The position numbers and the translations under genes are program-made. The notes below the pieces were generated by a model. That model did no database searches. It saw nothing but the letters and a program-made list of their open reading frames with translations, and was not told where the DNA came from. Positions 1 to 8,893 of a stretch of 64,000 nucleotides of DNA are shown here, piece after piece. Source of the stretch: a virus (Duplodnaviria > Heunggongvirae > Uroviricota > Caudoviricetes). Positions within the stretch are counted from its first letter, which is position 1. Each line of letters begins with the position of its first letter. The stretch lies in the IMG/VR virus record IMGVR_UViG_3300028888_000044, positions 32,001 through 96,000 of that record; one strand, 5' to 3'.

Positions 1-47
1 AGCGTTGGCTAACTTTAAGGACGAATAATATATTTATAATATATAAT

Positions 48-758
48 ATGCAAATTATGTCAAATATAAATATAAAAATAAAGAAGGTTGTCTCCGAAGT
101 ATTGAAAGAGGCGGTAAATGAAACCTCAAGGAGGCAAAAAGCTGATGCAGCAATCAATAGAAAAAATCCAAACATTCAAACTTTGGCAATTTTAACAAGT
201 GAGAATCCTCGATTTGACTCAAATACTGATGGTAAAAATGTTACAAACGCAGACAGACGAGAGAATTTGGAAAAGGACTTGAAGTTGGGACATTATGCTT
301 GGTTCCCAGTTAAGGGTCAATATGGAGGTAAGGAAAAATCATATATCATTTACAATATTTCTTTGGAAGACGCTTTGCATTTAGGACGTAAATTTGGACA
401 AGAATCAATTATCTTCAATGAAGGTGACAAGTGCCAATATTGGGAACAAAGCGGTGACGGTAATTATGAAATGACTCACGAAAGGGATATTAGTCAAAAA
501 ATCGATATGTCCGATGCAGATGATTACTATACGCAAGTGAGCAGAAAAAACAAATTCCAAATCCCATTCTTCGATGGAAGCGATGAAAATATGGAAGCTA
601 TGAATGAAAGTATGAAATATGTCAATAAGGTCATTAATTCAAGGGTTAAGAACTTGAATGAGGCCAAAAGACGTATAGATTCGTCTTTGAATGCAGCATC
701 TCCATATAACAGATATTGCAACAGAGGGCAGCTTTATGGAAATAAGTTTCAATGGTAA
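48..758 (+). CDS. DUF3293-like / SAM-lyase-like protein with N-terminal Glu-motif leader
   Basis: AILTSENP...GQYGGKEKSYII...GRKFGQESII motifs; TATTTATA at 31-38; leader VLKEAVNE. Confidence 0.55.
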   Translation: MQIMSNINIKIKKVVSEVLKEAVNETSRRQKADAAINRKNPNIQTLAILTSENPRFDSNTDGKNVTNADRRENLEKDLKLGHYAWFPVKGQYGGKEKSYIIYNISLEDALHLGRKFGQESIIFNEGDKCQYWEQSGDGNYEMTHERDISQKIDMSDADDYYTQVSRKNKFQIPFFDGSDENMEAMNESMKYVNKVINSRVKNLNEAKRRIDSSLNAASPYNRYCNRGQLYGNKFQW

Positions 759-768
759 TTAATTTGTT

Positions 769-1059
769 ATGGTCAGTTTCTTCAAAATCATTTTATTTGT
801 TGCATTGTTTTTTATAATTGAGATTTTATCTGAAAGCATTGCAAAAAATCATTCATTGATAAAGTTTATGAATGACGCGCCTTTAAAGAGAAGGAAATGG
901 TGTCAATTTATAATTAATACTATAGTATGCACTATTTTTATGTTTATTACAAAATGGTACGCAGCTTCTGCTGTATGGTATTTTTTGATAATTGTTACTA
1001 CTGTGCTATATAAATGGATTGAAAACGACAGATATATTGAAGAGGAATATTACGAATGA
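769..1059 (+). CDS. small membrane protein
   Basis: 96 aa with three hydrophobic segments; followed by a terminator. Confidence 0.65.
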   Translation: MVSFFKIILFVALFFIIEILSESIAKNHSLIKFMNDAPLKRRKWCQFIINTIVCTIFMFITKWYAASAVWYFLIIVTTVLYKWIENDRYIEEEYYE

Positions 1060-1072
1060 AATTTTAATAATG

Positions 1073-1110
1073 AAAAAATACCGATTTATTGTTGAATCGG
1101 TATTTTTTTT
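1073..1110 (+). terminator. intrinsic terminator
   Basis: aaaaaataccgatt...aatcggtatttttt hairpin with T tract. Confidence 0.75.
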
Positions 1111-1187
1111 GTTATTTATATAAAAAATATTTTTTTTCGAAAAAGTATACTATTTATATATAAATTATTACACAACATATTATAATT

Positions 1188-1376
1188 ATGTTAGATAGGT
1201 ATCCTACTTTAGAACAAAATGGATTCATTTCTGACGAAGTGAATCACAAGATTGCTTATATAAGCAAGAACGTTAGAGGTAAAGAGAGATTTTCACCTCT
1301 AGAATCTTTTTTTGAAGAAGACAACAAGAGTCAAGTGACAATTGATGTCGCATGCTGTAGATTACACAGACATTAA
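1188..1376 (+). CDS. hypothetical protein
   Basis: 62-aa ORF downstream of TATTTATA (1151). Confidence 0.5.
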   Translation: MLDRYPTLEQNGFISDEVNHKIAYISKNVRGKERFSPLESFFEEDNKSQVTIDVACCRLHRH

Positions 1377-1413
1377 TATTTTAAAAGATAAGATAAAAAA
1401 ATCCATACAAACA

Positions 1414-3150
1414 ATGAATAAAAATTTAGATGAACTCAAGAGAATTAAAGAGTTGATGAACTATGGGTTAACTGAAAACAAGAAGCAGTACAGCAGTGTT
1501 GAGCATAGCAAGGAAGCAGCAGACGGTAAGGTCTACGGAATTGTTAGAGAAGGTACTAAATACTACATCAAGGTCTCAAAGGATAAGAAGAACCTTATCA
1601 AGGAGAACTTTGATTACATTGGCGGCTTCATGAATCGTAAGAGATATGAATACAACAGTTTCGCTAACGCTTTGAAGCAGTTTGACCTAAAGATGATGTC
1701 TATAAGGGAAGCAAAAGCAAACGGCAAGGACATAATCATCGAGTCTTGGAATCCAGAAAAGAAAGAATTTCTTGCTTTGGAATCAACAAACAAGATGCGC
1801 CAAGAAATTATGCGTCAACGTCAGATAATGGAAAATGCAAAGCTTATCAGCGAAGGTAAGTGCTGCACCAACCAACCATTCTGTGATGATGTAAAAGATG
1901 TTGAGGATTGCGAAGGTGTTAAACAGCAAGGCAAGGACAACATTAGCGGAAAAGTTAAACCAAAGAAGGGAAAGTCTATTAAGGAAACAGCCGACAGATT
2001 GGCTTGGCATCATACTGGTCAGAATGCACAAGGTACTATTGCTGACACCTATATGGATAAGAGCCACGGCACAGAAATTGGAGATGGTAAACCATTCAAT
2101 AAAGCCAAGAATTCTGAAGAAGAAATGGAAAATGGCGTTGTAGAGGAACACAACACTTCTATGACCTATGCATCAGACAATCAAAATAACCCAGAACCAG
2201 GAACTGGTCCTATTGGAAAGGATGACCCATTCAACAAGAAGGGTGCAACACAAATCAAGGAGGATATTGATGATTTGGATGATTCTTCTGTAATTGATGA
2301 TGAAGATTACGGTGGAGGCTTTAACGATGACGGTAATTATGGTGATGATGGTTCAACATATGACGCTGAATATGATGACCAATCTATGGAAGGTGATGAG
2401 TTGGGTGATGACAGTATGATGGAAGTCGATGATGACGAACCATACGAAGATGATTCAACAGAATATGAACTTGAAACCGATGGAGGCGCTGATGATTTGG
2501 ATACATATGATGATTTGAATTCAGATGCTGATTTAGGTGGAGAAGGTGGTGACGTTGAGTCAAGATTGTCTTCGATTGAATCAACACTTAACACTATATT
2601 GGATAAGTTGGATAACATTGACAGTTCTGAATTCGAAGATGATGACTTGTATCCAGAAGATGGAGAAGGTGATGACTTTGGAGACGATGATTTCGGTGAT
2701 GATTCTGATGAAGGTGATGACCTTGGAGGTGATGATTTCAGTAATGGAGAAGGTGATGACCTTGGAGGCGATGATTTAAGTAATGGAGAAGGTGATGACC
2801 TTGGAGGTGATGATTTCAGTAATGGAGAAGGTGATGATTTCGGTGATGATTCTGATGAAGATGATGATAGTGTAGTTTACGAATCAAGGTCATACAGAAA
2901 GATGAGACTCGCTGAAGAAAACAGACTTGATGATTTCGGAAAGCATCCAGCTTATAGAAAAGAACCAATGAAACGTCCAGAAACTGGTGTTGATAAGAAC
3001 TCTCACGGTAGGGATTGGAATCACAGCAGTGTTCACAGTGAAGAACCTTATGGTCAAAAAATTGGTGATGGTTCTCCATTCAGCGTAAACCCAGAAGAAA
3101 TCGAAAATGCTATTGTTGAAAGTGTTATGAAGCTATTAAAAAAAAAGTAA
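1414..3150 (+). CDS. acidic internal head/prohead core-like protein
   Basis: Start reassigned to MNKNLDELKRIKELM; D/E/G-rich middle; repeated IGDGxPF motif; many [LIV]xE sites. Confidence 0.7.
   Translation: MNKNLDELKRIKELMNYGLTENKKQYSSVEHSKEAADGKVYGIVREGTKYYIKVSKDKKNLIKENFDYIGGFMNRKRYEYNSFANALKQFDLKMMSIREAKANGKDIIIESWNPEKKEFLALESTNKMRQEIMRQRQIMENAKLISEGKCCTNQPFCDDVKDVEDCEGVKQQGKDNISGKVKPKKGKSIKETADRLAWHHTGQNAQGTIADTYMDKSHGTEIGDGKPFNKAKNSEEEMENGVVEEHNTSMTYASDNQNNPEPGTGPIGKDDPFNKKGATQIKEDIDDLDDSSVIDDEDYGGGFNDDGNYGDDGSTYDAEYDDQSMEGDELGDDSMMEVDDDEPYEDDSTEYELETDGGADDLDTYDDLNSDADLGGEGGDVESRLSSIESTLNTILDKLDNIDSSEFEDDDLYPEDGEGDDFGDDDFGDDSDEGDDLGGDDFSNGEGDDLGGDDLSNGEGDDLGGDDFSNGEGDDFGDDSDEDDDSVVYESRSYRKMRLAEENRLDDFGKHPAYRKEPMKRPETGVDKNSHGRDWNHSSVHSEEPYGQKIGDGSPFSVNPEEIENAIVESVMKLLKKK
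2710..2826 (+). repeat. 3 x 39-bp coding tandem repeat (EGDDLGGDD[F/L]SNG)
   Basis: gaaggtgatgaccttggaggtgatgatttcagtaatgga at 2710, 2749 and 2788 (near-identical). Confidence 0.9.
3138..3150 (+). other. candidate -1 programmed frameshift site (A AAA AAG)
   Basis: tta aaa aaa aag taa; the -1 frame is open through to 3725. Confidence 0.6.
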
Positions 3151-3200
3151 TATCTGAAAAGCACGTTTTAAAAGTACCTAATAAGGGTGGTGATGACGAT

Positions 3201-3725
3201 ATGTCTTTGGATGATAATATGCCAGAACCACAAAATGATGAACCAATGGGCGGTGACGATTTTGGTAACGAACCTCCAATGGGTGGCGAAGAGCCAATGG
3301 GTAGTGAACCAGATATGAATGATGATTTCGGAGATGGTGATGATTTTGGAGGTGGCGAAGAAGGTGATGAATCTACAGAACATTTAATTAGTATGTATAA
3401 GTCTTTAACACCACAAGACAAAGTTGCTGCCGAACGTTACATACAATCATTGACTGCCGATGACGGTGGTGATGAAAAATCTGAAGAACCATTTGATGAT
3501 GAGCCAATGGGTGGGGAAGAACCACCAATGATGGACGATGATGGCGGCTTTGGCGATGAAGGTAGTAACGAACCTCCAATGGGAGGAAACCCAATGAGGG
3601 AATCATTTGTTAGGGAAATTGTAAACAATCCAACAATGACAAAGAGGCAAGGACGAAGAGATTACAGAAAGGTTGGTGATGATGTACCAAAAAAAGGAAA
3701 CCCTTTTGTATCCAATCGTAGATAA
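3201..3725 (+). CDS. acidic Pro/Met/Gly-rich protein, probably the frameshift extension of the 1414 ORF
   Basis: EPPMGG repeats; frame is open upstream back through the slippery site. Confidence 0.7.
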   Translation: MSLDDNMPEPQNDEPMGGDDFGNEPPMGGEEPMGSEPDMNDDFGDGDDFGGGEEGDESTEHLISMYKSLTPQDKVAAERYIQSLTADDGGDEKSEEPFDDEPMGGEEPPMMDDDGGFGDEGSNEPPMGGNPMRESFVREIVNNPTMTKRQGRRDYRKVGDDVPKKGNPFVSNRR

Positions 3726-3805
3726 TACAATAAAATACAGAAAGCGATTGTTTTCTGTATTTTTTTTGCCTTAAAACTATTTATTAATAAAATGTAATTC
3801 GACAC

Positions 3806-4213
3806 ATGAAGGTTTATGGAAAAAAGTCATTGTCGTTAAAGGAAATGACATACAAGAAGAAGAATGTAATCCTTAAGGAGGATGATACTGTATATACCAA
3901 TGATGTAAGTGGAATGGCTAAATCTTTGAATAGGGATGGCGATGTCACTATCACTAATCAAACACCTAGAAAGACGATTGATGTTAATATATTAACAAAA
4001 AACAATAATGTAACCCCACAAGACATTCAATCTTCAGACGAGCTTCAATCTGCACTAACTGTAGCCAAGAATCAACCAGTAGATGTGGAAGTGAATGCTC
4101 AAAAAGTTAACGGAACTGTCACACCAATCGGTAATAAGACACAAAGTACAGCACTTGCTGAAGGTTTTAAGTTTACAAAACGAGAAATGAGTAGTTATTT
4201 AAACAAGTTATAA
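3806..4213 (+). CDS. hypothetical late protein
   Basis: TATTTAT at 3778; LKE/LAE motifs. Confidence 0.7.
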   Translation: MKVYGKKSLSLKEMTYKKKNVILKEDDTVYTNDVSGMAKSLNRDGDVTITNQTPRKTIDVNILTKNNNVTPQDIQSSDELQSALTVAKNQPVDVEVNAQKVNGTVTPIGNKTQSTALAEGFKFTKREMSSYLNKL

Positions 4214-4217
4214 AAAT

Positions 4218-5423
4218 ATGAAAATTATTGTCACAGAAGACTCTTTGGTACGTAACGCATATGAAATGAAGAACAATGAATACGTGTTGCCAAATGTGCT
4301 GTACAACAACTTGAAACAGCACAAGACAAGTTTAGGTGACAATCCTTGTTTTCCAGAAGAAGCTAAATATCCTTTTGATTATATAATCATCAAGGATAGG
4401 TACACAGAGGTTATTGACAAGTTTAAAACGTTGGGTGAAGAAGTTAATGGTAAGTCTTTGGATGAGATAAAAACGTTATGTAACAGACTGATACACGAGT
4501 GTATGGAAATTGAAAGAAAACACAGAGATTTCCTAAACAAGTTATGCGTAAGTGTTGTAAATGAGATATTGTGTGTACCAGAAAACACAGTAATAATCAA
4601 ATGTAATTTGGTAGATTCAGTCAAACCAACCAAACAGCCAAGAGTTATACCAGAAGATGATGTAAAAAACGTGTACTCTTTTGATGATGTAGATGATATA
4701 AAGAATTCAAATTACGAGATTCTTAAGAGAAGGGTTATTAATTCTATAATACAAGGTGCATCATATAAGTTGTCTTTAAAATACCAAATGTTCGTTGATG
4801 AAATAAACAACATAGAACCAGAGCTTATAGAGCTATATAAAAAGATAACAATTTTGGGCGATTATATATTGTTCAATGAGGAAGCTAAAATAGACGAACG
4901 AAATTTAAGCCTTGGGGCTTACGTTTCTGTGTCTTTGGGAACGTTTGGCAAGAAAACAATCATAGATTCACAAGCACTTATATTTCCTTATCTGCTTAAG
5001 GAAACTATTCGAGGATTTTTTGAACTGTTTGCTTCTCACAGCCTACCAGAAGACAACGAAAAAGCAATGTATATCATACGACATGCGGATTTTATGGTTG
5101 CAGAATCTTGGGATTTGAGGTTTGGAGTTAAACTGTGGGATATATTAAGCCAAAAACTTCAAGATGAATTGATTATACCTTATTTCTTTATGACTTTGTG
5201 CAATTTACCAAAAATGGAGTTTATGAGGAAGATGAAGGAAATATTATCAAATACAAAATTAGGCGCATCAATCATTGATGACCTTATTATAGCTAGCAAG
5301 AAGCAAATAACATATAACAAGCTGCCTAGTAATACTACACCAAAAAACAGTTTTAAGGCTATCATATCAGATGAAGTTGAAGAAGATGACTTTACTATAG
5401 AAGAATTGAAGAATTTGAATTAA
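4218..5423 (+). CDS. hypothetical phage protein
   Basis: 401-aa ORF, coupled to the upstream gene, followed by a hairpin. Confidence 0.75.
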   Translation: MKIIVTEDSLVRNAYEMKNNEYVLPNVLYNNLKQHKTSLGDNPCFPEEAKYPFDYIIIKDRYTEVIDKFKTLGEEVNGKSLDEIKTLCNRLIHECMEIERKHRDFLNKLCVSVVNEILCVPENTVIIKCNLVDSVKPTKQPRVIPEDDVKNVYSFDDVDDIKNSNYEILKRRVINSIIQGASYKLSLKYQMFVDEINNIEPELIELYKKITILGDYILFNEEAKIDERNLSLGAYVSVSLGTFGKKTIIDSQALIFPYLLKETIRGFFELFASHSLPEDNEKAMYIIRHADFMVAESWDLRFGVKLWDILSQKLQDELIIPYFFMTLCNLPKMEFMRKMKEILSNTKLGASIIDDLIIASKKQITYNKLPSNTTPKNSFKAIISDEVEEDDFTIEELKNLN

Positions 5424-5542
5424 ACTAAGGGGGTTAGATTTTTGTCTATCTCCCTTTTTTATTATATTTTAAATATTTATAATAAAATAATTTCTTCTGG
5501 TTTTTATTTTTTTTATATATAATAATTAAAAATTATAATAAT

Positions 5543-7429
5543 ATGCTTGATGTAAAACATTTAACTACAGAATATGCGAAATGTTATTCAGACCCATCTC
5601 GAATATACTTTATAGAACATTATCTTTCTACACTATTCGGTGACAAGGGATTGCAACCATTGCTGTTGTTTCCAAGACAAAAGGTATTTTTGCATTCACT
5701 TGCTGAAAATAAGGAAACAATAGCTATTAAACACCGTCAAGCTGGTATTACAACAATTACAGCTGGTTGGGCTTGCGGACAAATCACATTTGCCTCAAAA
5801 CAAGCGCCAGAAACTATATTGTGTATCGGCAATAAACTTGATTTGGCGAATCAAATGGTTGAAAAGATAAGAATGTTCTTGGAGCAAGTTCCAAGATGGA
5901 TGTGGGGCAACGATTTTTATTCACCAGACCCAAAATCGGAAAAGAACAAAAGGGATATTTTCGTGAAATGCTCTAAGTCAGAACTTGAATTGTTCAATGG
6001 CTGTAAGGTTTATGCAAGGTCTTCTGGTCCAAATGCTGCGCGTGGTATTTCGTCTGTTTCTTTATTGGTATTTGACGAAGCTGCGTTCATTGAAAACGGA
6101 ATTTCAGTTTATGGTGCTGCCGTAGCCGCAACATCTGCAAGACCAGATAGAAAAATTGTGATGATTTCCACACCAAACGGTAAGGACTCTTTGTACTTTA
6201 ACACGTATAAGCAAGCTCAATTGAAGGAAAACAATTATAATGCTGTTGAATTCAAATGGTTCCAAGACCCAAGATATAACAAGTTCTTGAAATGGTACAG
6301 AAAGAACGAAAAAACTGGTGATTATGATTGGATTGAGGAAGATACAATCGACAATAGCGGTTCAATCATATATAATGAGGAAAGATGGGAAGAGCTTGTC
6401 AGAAAAGGATATACTCCAACATCTCCTTGGTACATATCAATGTGCAAGGCTTTCAATAACGACACGATGATGATAGCCCAAGAGCTTGATGGCTCGTTTA
6501 TGGGTTCTGCAAACAACGTTGTTTCGCCAGAATATATTGATATGCAAAGCAATTTGAATGTAAGGGAACCTCTTAAGGATTTTAAAGACCCTCTCGTAGA
6601 AGATTCTTGGTTTTGGAAGAAACCAATTGAAGGGCATAGATATATTATGGGAATTGACCCGTCAAGAGGTACTAGCGAGGATAGAACAGCAATTGAAATC
6701 ATAGATATTGATGCTAGAGATGAGAACGGTATGCCTATTATTGAACAAGTTATGGAATACTTGGGTAAAAAGCTAGGAGACGATATTGGTGGTATTGCTT
6801 ATCAGTATGCTGTAATGTATAATAACGCATATATTGTAGTGGACTGTACTGGTGGACAAGGTGATAGTTGCATCTTAACGCTGATGCAGCTTGGGTACAA
6901 GAATTTCTACTTCGAGGATGCATCACAAAAGACATATATGGTACAGAATTCCTCCAAGATTTATATGAAAACAAATCAAGACCAACTACCAGGCTTCCAT
7001 TTCCAAGGAAATAGATACCCAGTACTTGCAAATTTCGCCACAATGGTTAGAAGTAATGAGATAAAAATTAGGTCACAAAGGGTTATTGCAGAACTTGAAA
7101 CGTGGATTTTCAAGGGTGAGACACAAAGAATTGACCATATGGACGGTATGCACGATGATACACTGACTTGCTTGGCAATGTCGCTGTTCGTGCTGACGTT
7201 CTCGTTCAACAAACTTGAATCTGCAAAGAGCAAGGATGCTGCAATATTGAATGCATATATGATGAACAACGCAAATATATATACAACCAATCAAGCGAAT
7301 GTGGCAAGCTTGTCTATGACACCATCCAATGGCTTGAGGATGCCTTTTTATTCATCAAATAATTTAAGCAAAAACAATAATTCTGCTTGTTATGGCTCTT
7401 GTTTGTGGGTTTTTGGCATAATGCATTAA
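5543..7429 (+). CDS. terminase large subunit (T4 gp17-like)
   Basis: KHRQAGIT Walker A, LLVFDEAAF Walker B, ISTPNG coupling motif, GIDPSRG and HDD nuclease motifs. Confidence 0.93.
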   Translation: MLDVKHLTTEYAKCYSDPSRIYFIEHYLSTLFGDKGLQPLLLFPRQKVFLHSLAENKETIAIKHRQAGITTITAGWACGQITFASKQAPETILCIGNKLDLANQMVEKIRMFLEQVPRWMWGNDFYSPDPKSEKNKRDIFVKCSKSELELFNGCKVYARSSGPNAARGISSVSLLVFDEAAFIENGISVYGAAVAATSARPDRKIVMISTPNGKDSLYFNTYKQAQLKENNYNAVEFKWFQDPRYNKFLKWYRKNEKTGDYDWIEEDTIDNSGSIIYNEERWEELVRKGYTPTSPWYISMCKAFNNDTMMIAQELDGSFMGSANNVVSPEYIDMQSNLNVREPLKDFKDPLVEDSWFWKKPIEGHRYIMGIDPSRGTSEDRTAIEIIDIDARDENGMPIIEQVMEYLGKKLGDDIGGIAYQYAVMYNNAYIVVDCTGGQGDSCILTLMQLGYKNFYFEDASQKTYMVQNSSKIYMKTNQDQLPGFHFQGNRYPVLANFATMVRSNEIKIRSQRVIAELETWIFKGETQRIDHMDGMHDDTLTCLAMSLFVLTFSFNKLESAKSKDAAILNAYMMNNANIYTTNQANVASLSMTPSNGLRMPFYSSNNLSKNNNSACYGSCLWVFGIMH

Positions 7430-7490
7430 AAAATACCGAAAAAATTTGGTTTATTCATTTTTTTCTTTTATTTTTTAAATAAAAGAAGAT

Positions 7491-7928
7491 ATGAATAGAT
7501 TGACAAAAGAGTATAAATTAAATGAAATTGATAATTTTGACTTAAAAATTGGCACAGTAAACAGATTTAAGCCAACAGCTTTCTACATAATAGGGAAAAC
7601 GTGGATTAAACCTACGGAAGAAATGAAATATTGTGAGATTTTCAATTGTTGCTGGTACAACTTTAAGAAAAAAGTTTCCAAAATGCTTGCAAAGCACAAT
7701 TTTTCACAGAAGCATCTAATAAACTATGATGTAAATTTTCAGTCTATGTCCCCAAATTCACCTAATTATCTTTGTTTTGATATAACAATGAAGCAAATAA
7801 ATGATATTATACCTATTAAGGGAATATATGATATAATGTTTGACGATATTGTTGAGATAATTGGTGAATTTCAAAAGGATTTGGTTCAAAATAATTTTAA
7901 TGTAAACAAAAAACAGACAGTACGTTAA
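7491..7928 (+). CDS. hypothetical protein
   Basis: 145-aa ORF. Confidence 0.7.
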   Translation: MNRLTKEYKLNEIDNFDLKIGTVNRFKPTAFYIIGKTWIKPTEEMKYCEIFNCCWYNFKKKVSKMLAKHNFSQKHLINYDVNFQSMSPNSPNYLCFDITMKQINDIIPIKGIYDIMFDDIVEIIGEFQKDLVQNNFNVNKKQTVR

Positions 7929-7946
7929 ATACTGTCTGTTTTTTTA
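7909..7946. terminator. bidirectional terminator
   Basis: aaaaaacagacagta...tactgtctgtttttt between convergent genes. Confidence 0.8.
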
Positions 7947-8867
7947 TTACTTTTCAAGTAAAACCTCTCTCAAACTCATAAACTTTGCGCAATCTTCAAT
8001 GAAAGTACCTTCGTTAAATGTCTTTGTTTTTATATTCTCATTAATATGAGTCAAATCCAAATCTTCTTGTTCATTTTTGTTTTCACGAATCAAACATTCA
8101 ACACCTTTCAAGCATTCTGATTTCATTTCATTGAAAATCTGCTCCTTTCTTGCCTTTGAAGTCTTTTCGCTCACTATTTCGGAGAACAAATTTCTTTCCT
8201 CGTTGTTCAGCAAGCCATAATACTTGTTATCAAAGTCTCTCATTACAGCATCAGCATTGAATTTTGTCTCATTTACACTATTCTTATGCTGTTTAACATA
8301 TTCATTGAGAGTATTCAAGCTTTTTGTATACTCATTTAGGTTAGTAATCTTCTTTTTGTGTGACATCAAGTAGTCACAGCTTTCAAACATACGAGTTTTT
8401 TCATCTGAAAATTTACTTTCTGGTAAAATACCGTATTTTCTAACCAATTTTATAAGTTTATTGTTTGATTCCTTGATTGTTTTCAAGTCGATGTTTGGTG
8501 ACACAAGCTGTATAGCCTCGTTGATGTAGCTAATAGTATCATCAGAACTGCATTTGTTGATACTATTGTAGAATGACAACTGCGCCTTCAAGTTATTATC
8601 CTCCATAATGGTCTGCATAATCTCTCTAACTGCTTTTGTATTCTCCTTAACTAGTCTTGGAAGCGAATCTTGGATTGCTTCATTGCAAGAAGAGAAGCCA
8701 TTGCACGAATACATCTTGTCTGCTTCAGTTTTGTATTGGTTGTAAGCCTCATCAGAAAGAGCTTTGAGTTGTTCGACACGTCCAACATCTCCACTATTCA
8801 TTGCTTCTACCATTTGCTGTGTGTATTGCTGCCACTCTTGTATGTGTGGATTTACATAATCTTCCAT
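7947..8867 (-). CDS. hypothetical helical protein downstream of portal
   Basis: 306-aa ORF in the portal operon. Confidence 0.75.
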   Translation of the reverse strand: MEDYVNPHIQEWQQYTQQMVEAMNSGDVGRVEQLKALSDEAYNQYKTEADKMYSCNGFSSCNEAIQDSLPRLVKENTKAVREIMQTIMEDNNLKAQLSFYNSINKCSSDDTISYINEAIQLVSPNIDLKTIKESNNKLIKLVRKYGILPESKFSDEKTRMFESCDYLMSHKKKITNLNEYTKSLNTLNEYVKQHKNSVNETKFNADAVMRDFDNKYYGLLNNEERNLFSEIVSEKTSKARKEQIFNEMKSECLKGVECLIRENKNEQEDLDLTHINENIKTKTFNEGTFIEDCAKFMSLREVLLEK

Positions 8868-8893
8868 TATTGTTCTAAAAATATTTTTTTAAA

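Noticed and set aside
1188-1413. Frameshift fusion of the 62-aa ORF with the large acidic ORF
   Set aside because: The frames overlap, but there is no slippery site within the open window, and ATG 1414 has a normal A-rich context.
2640-2870. CRISPR-like array
   Set aside because: These are in-frame 39-bp coding repeats with no unique spacers.
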